From: Cyanobacteria bacterium J06626_18
GTDB taxonomy: Bacteria > Cyanobacteriota > Cyanobacteriia > Phormidesmidales > Phormidesmidaceae
Length of the DNA stretch: 27,620 nt
Direction of reading: 5' to 3'
Assembly (NCBI GenBank): GCA_038523735.1
Contig: JBCBJE010000001.1
Coordinates: forward strand, 1-27,620
This document shows positions 26,719-27,620 of the stretch, piece after piece. Numbering within the stretch: position 1 is the first letter of the stretch; each line of letters starts with the position of its first letter. The notes under the pieces were generated by a model that was not told the origin of the DNA, did not search any database, and saw nothing but the letters and a program-made list of their open reading frames with translations. The translations under genes and the position numbers were made by a program.

Positions 26719-27530
26719 GCGGCCATCTCCTCGGGCGCTAGCGCCCGAGTGTACAGCCAGTCCCAGAACGCCACACGCAGCGCCAGTGCTTTGCGCATCC
26801 CTTTCTGCAGATCGCGTAGCCCCTCCGGAGTTTGCGCAAATGTGGCGGCAATTGCCAGCAGTGTTTCCTGATGGGCATCATCGACCAAGGTATGGAGCGA
26901 GAAAAATACCGTATCGCGGGCAGACAAATCTTCTAAATGAGCAAGTGCCTGGACAATCGCCCGATAGCATTCGCTCACAATACTTTCGGTGCCGAGTCCC
27001 AGCGCTCCGATCGCTTCAGCAGCCGAACCATGCGTCAACGTTGCCAAGAACAGTTCGCGCCAGCACACGACCTCCAAGTCGGCCTGTTCCCAATCGCGAT
27101 CAACAACCCCAAGCGCTGTCCGAAAGCGCTGAAACAGCTGGGGATGCGGTATACCCACAATCCAATCCGCTTCGATCCCAAGCCGCGCCAAGGCAGCCAG
27201 GTCATCCTCAGAATAGTTACCCGACTCCTCCATCAGATTCTGAATCAACGCCTCTCGATGCATAGGTGAATCTAGCCGACTAATGGCAGTTGTCAAAAAC
27301 CGAGGGAAATAGGCTGAATAGCCATAGTAATGACGCGCAAAATCAGTTATCGCCCAGCGGAGGTTAGGCAAAGTCCCGGCGGCCAGGGCCGCGAGATAAG
27401 GATGTCGAATCGCCCGATGACAACAAGCCTCGTTAACAAGATCAACCAGGTGCGATCGCACATTCGATAGTTCCGATGTAACGCCTGACCTTCGTCGATG
27501 GAAGTGGGTAGACGTAAACGTAGTCATCAT
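26715..27530 (-). CDS. Heme-oxygenase-like diiron oxidase (TenA/PqqC/CADD superfamily)
   Basis: HPYL, all-helical character, CADD-like ligand set E101/E102, H129, E182, H213-x3-D217-x2-H220 (NLMEES, PHPQLF, GTESIV, LHTLVDDAH). Confidence 0.85.
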   Translation of the reverse strand: MMTTFTSTHFHRRRSGVTSELSNVRSHLVDLVNEACCHRAIRHPYLAALAAGTLPNLRWAITDFARHYYGYSAYFPRFLTTAISRLDSPMHREALIQNLMEESGNYSEDDLAALARLGIEADWIVGIPHPQLFQRFRTALGVVDRDWEQADLEVVCWRELFLATLTHGSAAEAIGALGLGTESIVSECYRAIVQALAHLEDLSARDTVFFSLHTLVDDAHQETLLAIAATFAQTPEGLRDLQKGMRKALALRVAFWDWLYTRALAPEEMAA

Positions 27531-27620
27531 AGTAGAAGCCCCTTGCAGTGACGGTTAGAAGCGAGTTTTTGAGTGCGGCGAGGTCTTTCTTCAGAAGAGC
27601 CTAGTTCCCTAAAAACACTA

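Larger units (their letters stand above)
56..27459. repeat. Dispersed HIP1 octamers (GCGATCGC)
   Basis: About 33 copies by manual scan, e.g. 56, 524, 777, 1240, 2600, 2963, 8862, 18369, 23244, 24204, 24849, 25634, 26188, 26527, 27452; a hallmark of many cyanobacterial genomes. Confidence 0.9.

Noticed and set aside
156-27269. The many short track ORFs overlapping assigned genes (e.g. 156-371, 592-831, 3434-3961, 11786-12322, 14838-15452, 26717-27265)
   Set aside because: Antisense or alternate-frame shadows of genes with strong family motifs; no motifs or RBS of their own.
23744-27530. Recent horizontal acquisition of the accessory segment from a non-cyanobacterial donor
   Set aside because: Six HIP1 sites occur in about 4 kb, similar to the core density, and no integrase, transposase, tRNA or target-site duplication is visible. 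A cyanobacterial donor or old acquisition remains possible.
26715-27530. Calling the HDO pqqC, tenA or a CADD-type PABA synthase
   Set aside because: No pqq, thiamine or folate genes are adjacent, and it has a long insertion absent from CADD; only the superfamily call is supported.
1-27620. tRNA, rRNA or known riboswitch genes
   Set aside because: None recognisable by eye; an Infernal or tRNAscan run would be needed to exclude them.

Overview
Cyanobacterial chromosomal window, probably from a filamentous species: about 33 HIP1 GCGATCGC octamers by manual count and heptameric STRR-type intergenic repeats. Left part (1-13.1 kb): a Tat-signal aldo/keto reductase running off the left edge, a ferritin-like diiron protein, a leaderless HtrA/Deg protease, relA/spoT, a SulP/BicA-like transporter, a DUF427 protein and aas-ylqD-pdhC. 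Middle (13.2-23.5 kb): the CO2-concentrating-mechanism locus, with ndhF4-ndhD4-cupB transcribed divergently from the beta-carboxysome operon ccmK2-K1-L-M-N-O. Right part (23.6-27.6 kb): an accessory segment, with no rbcLXS after ccmO. It starts at a GTAG-type REP-like hairpin and holds an orphan UPF0175-like gene, a DUF6883/DUF4926-like toxin-antitoxin-type pair and a compact operon of a heme-oxygenase-like diiron oxidase (HDO), a SAM methyltransferase and an Fe/2OG (TauD-family) dioxygenase. That trio is the best candidate for an undescribed small-molecule pathway. All family calls come from motif recognition by eye; no database search was run.
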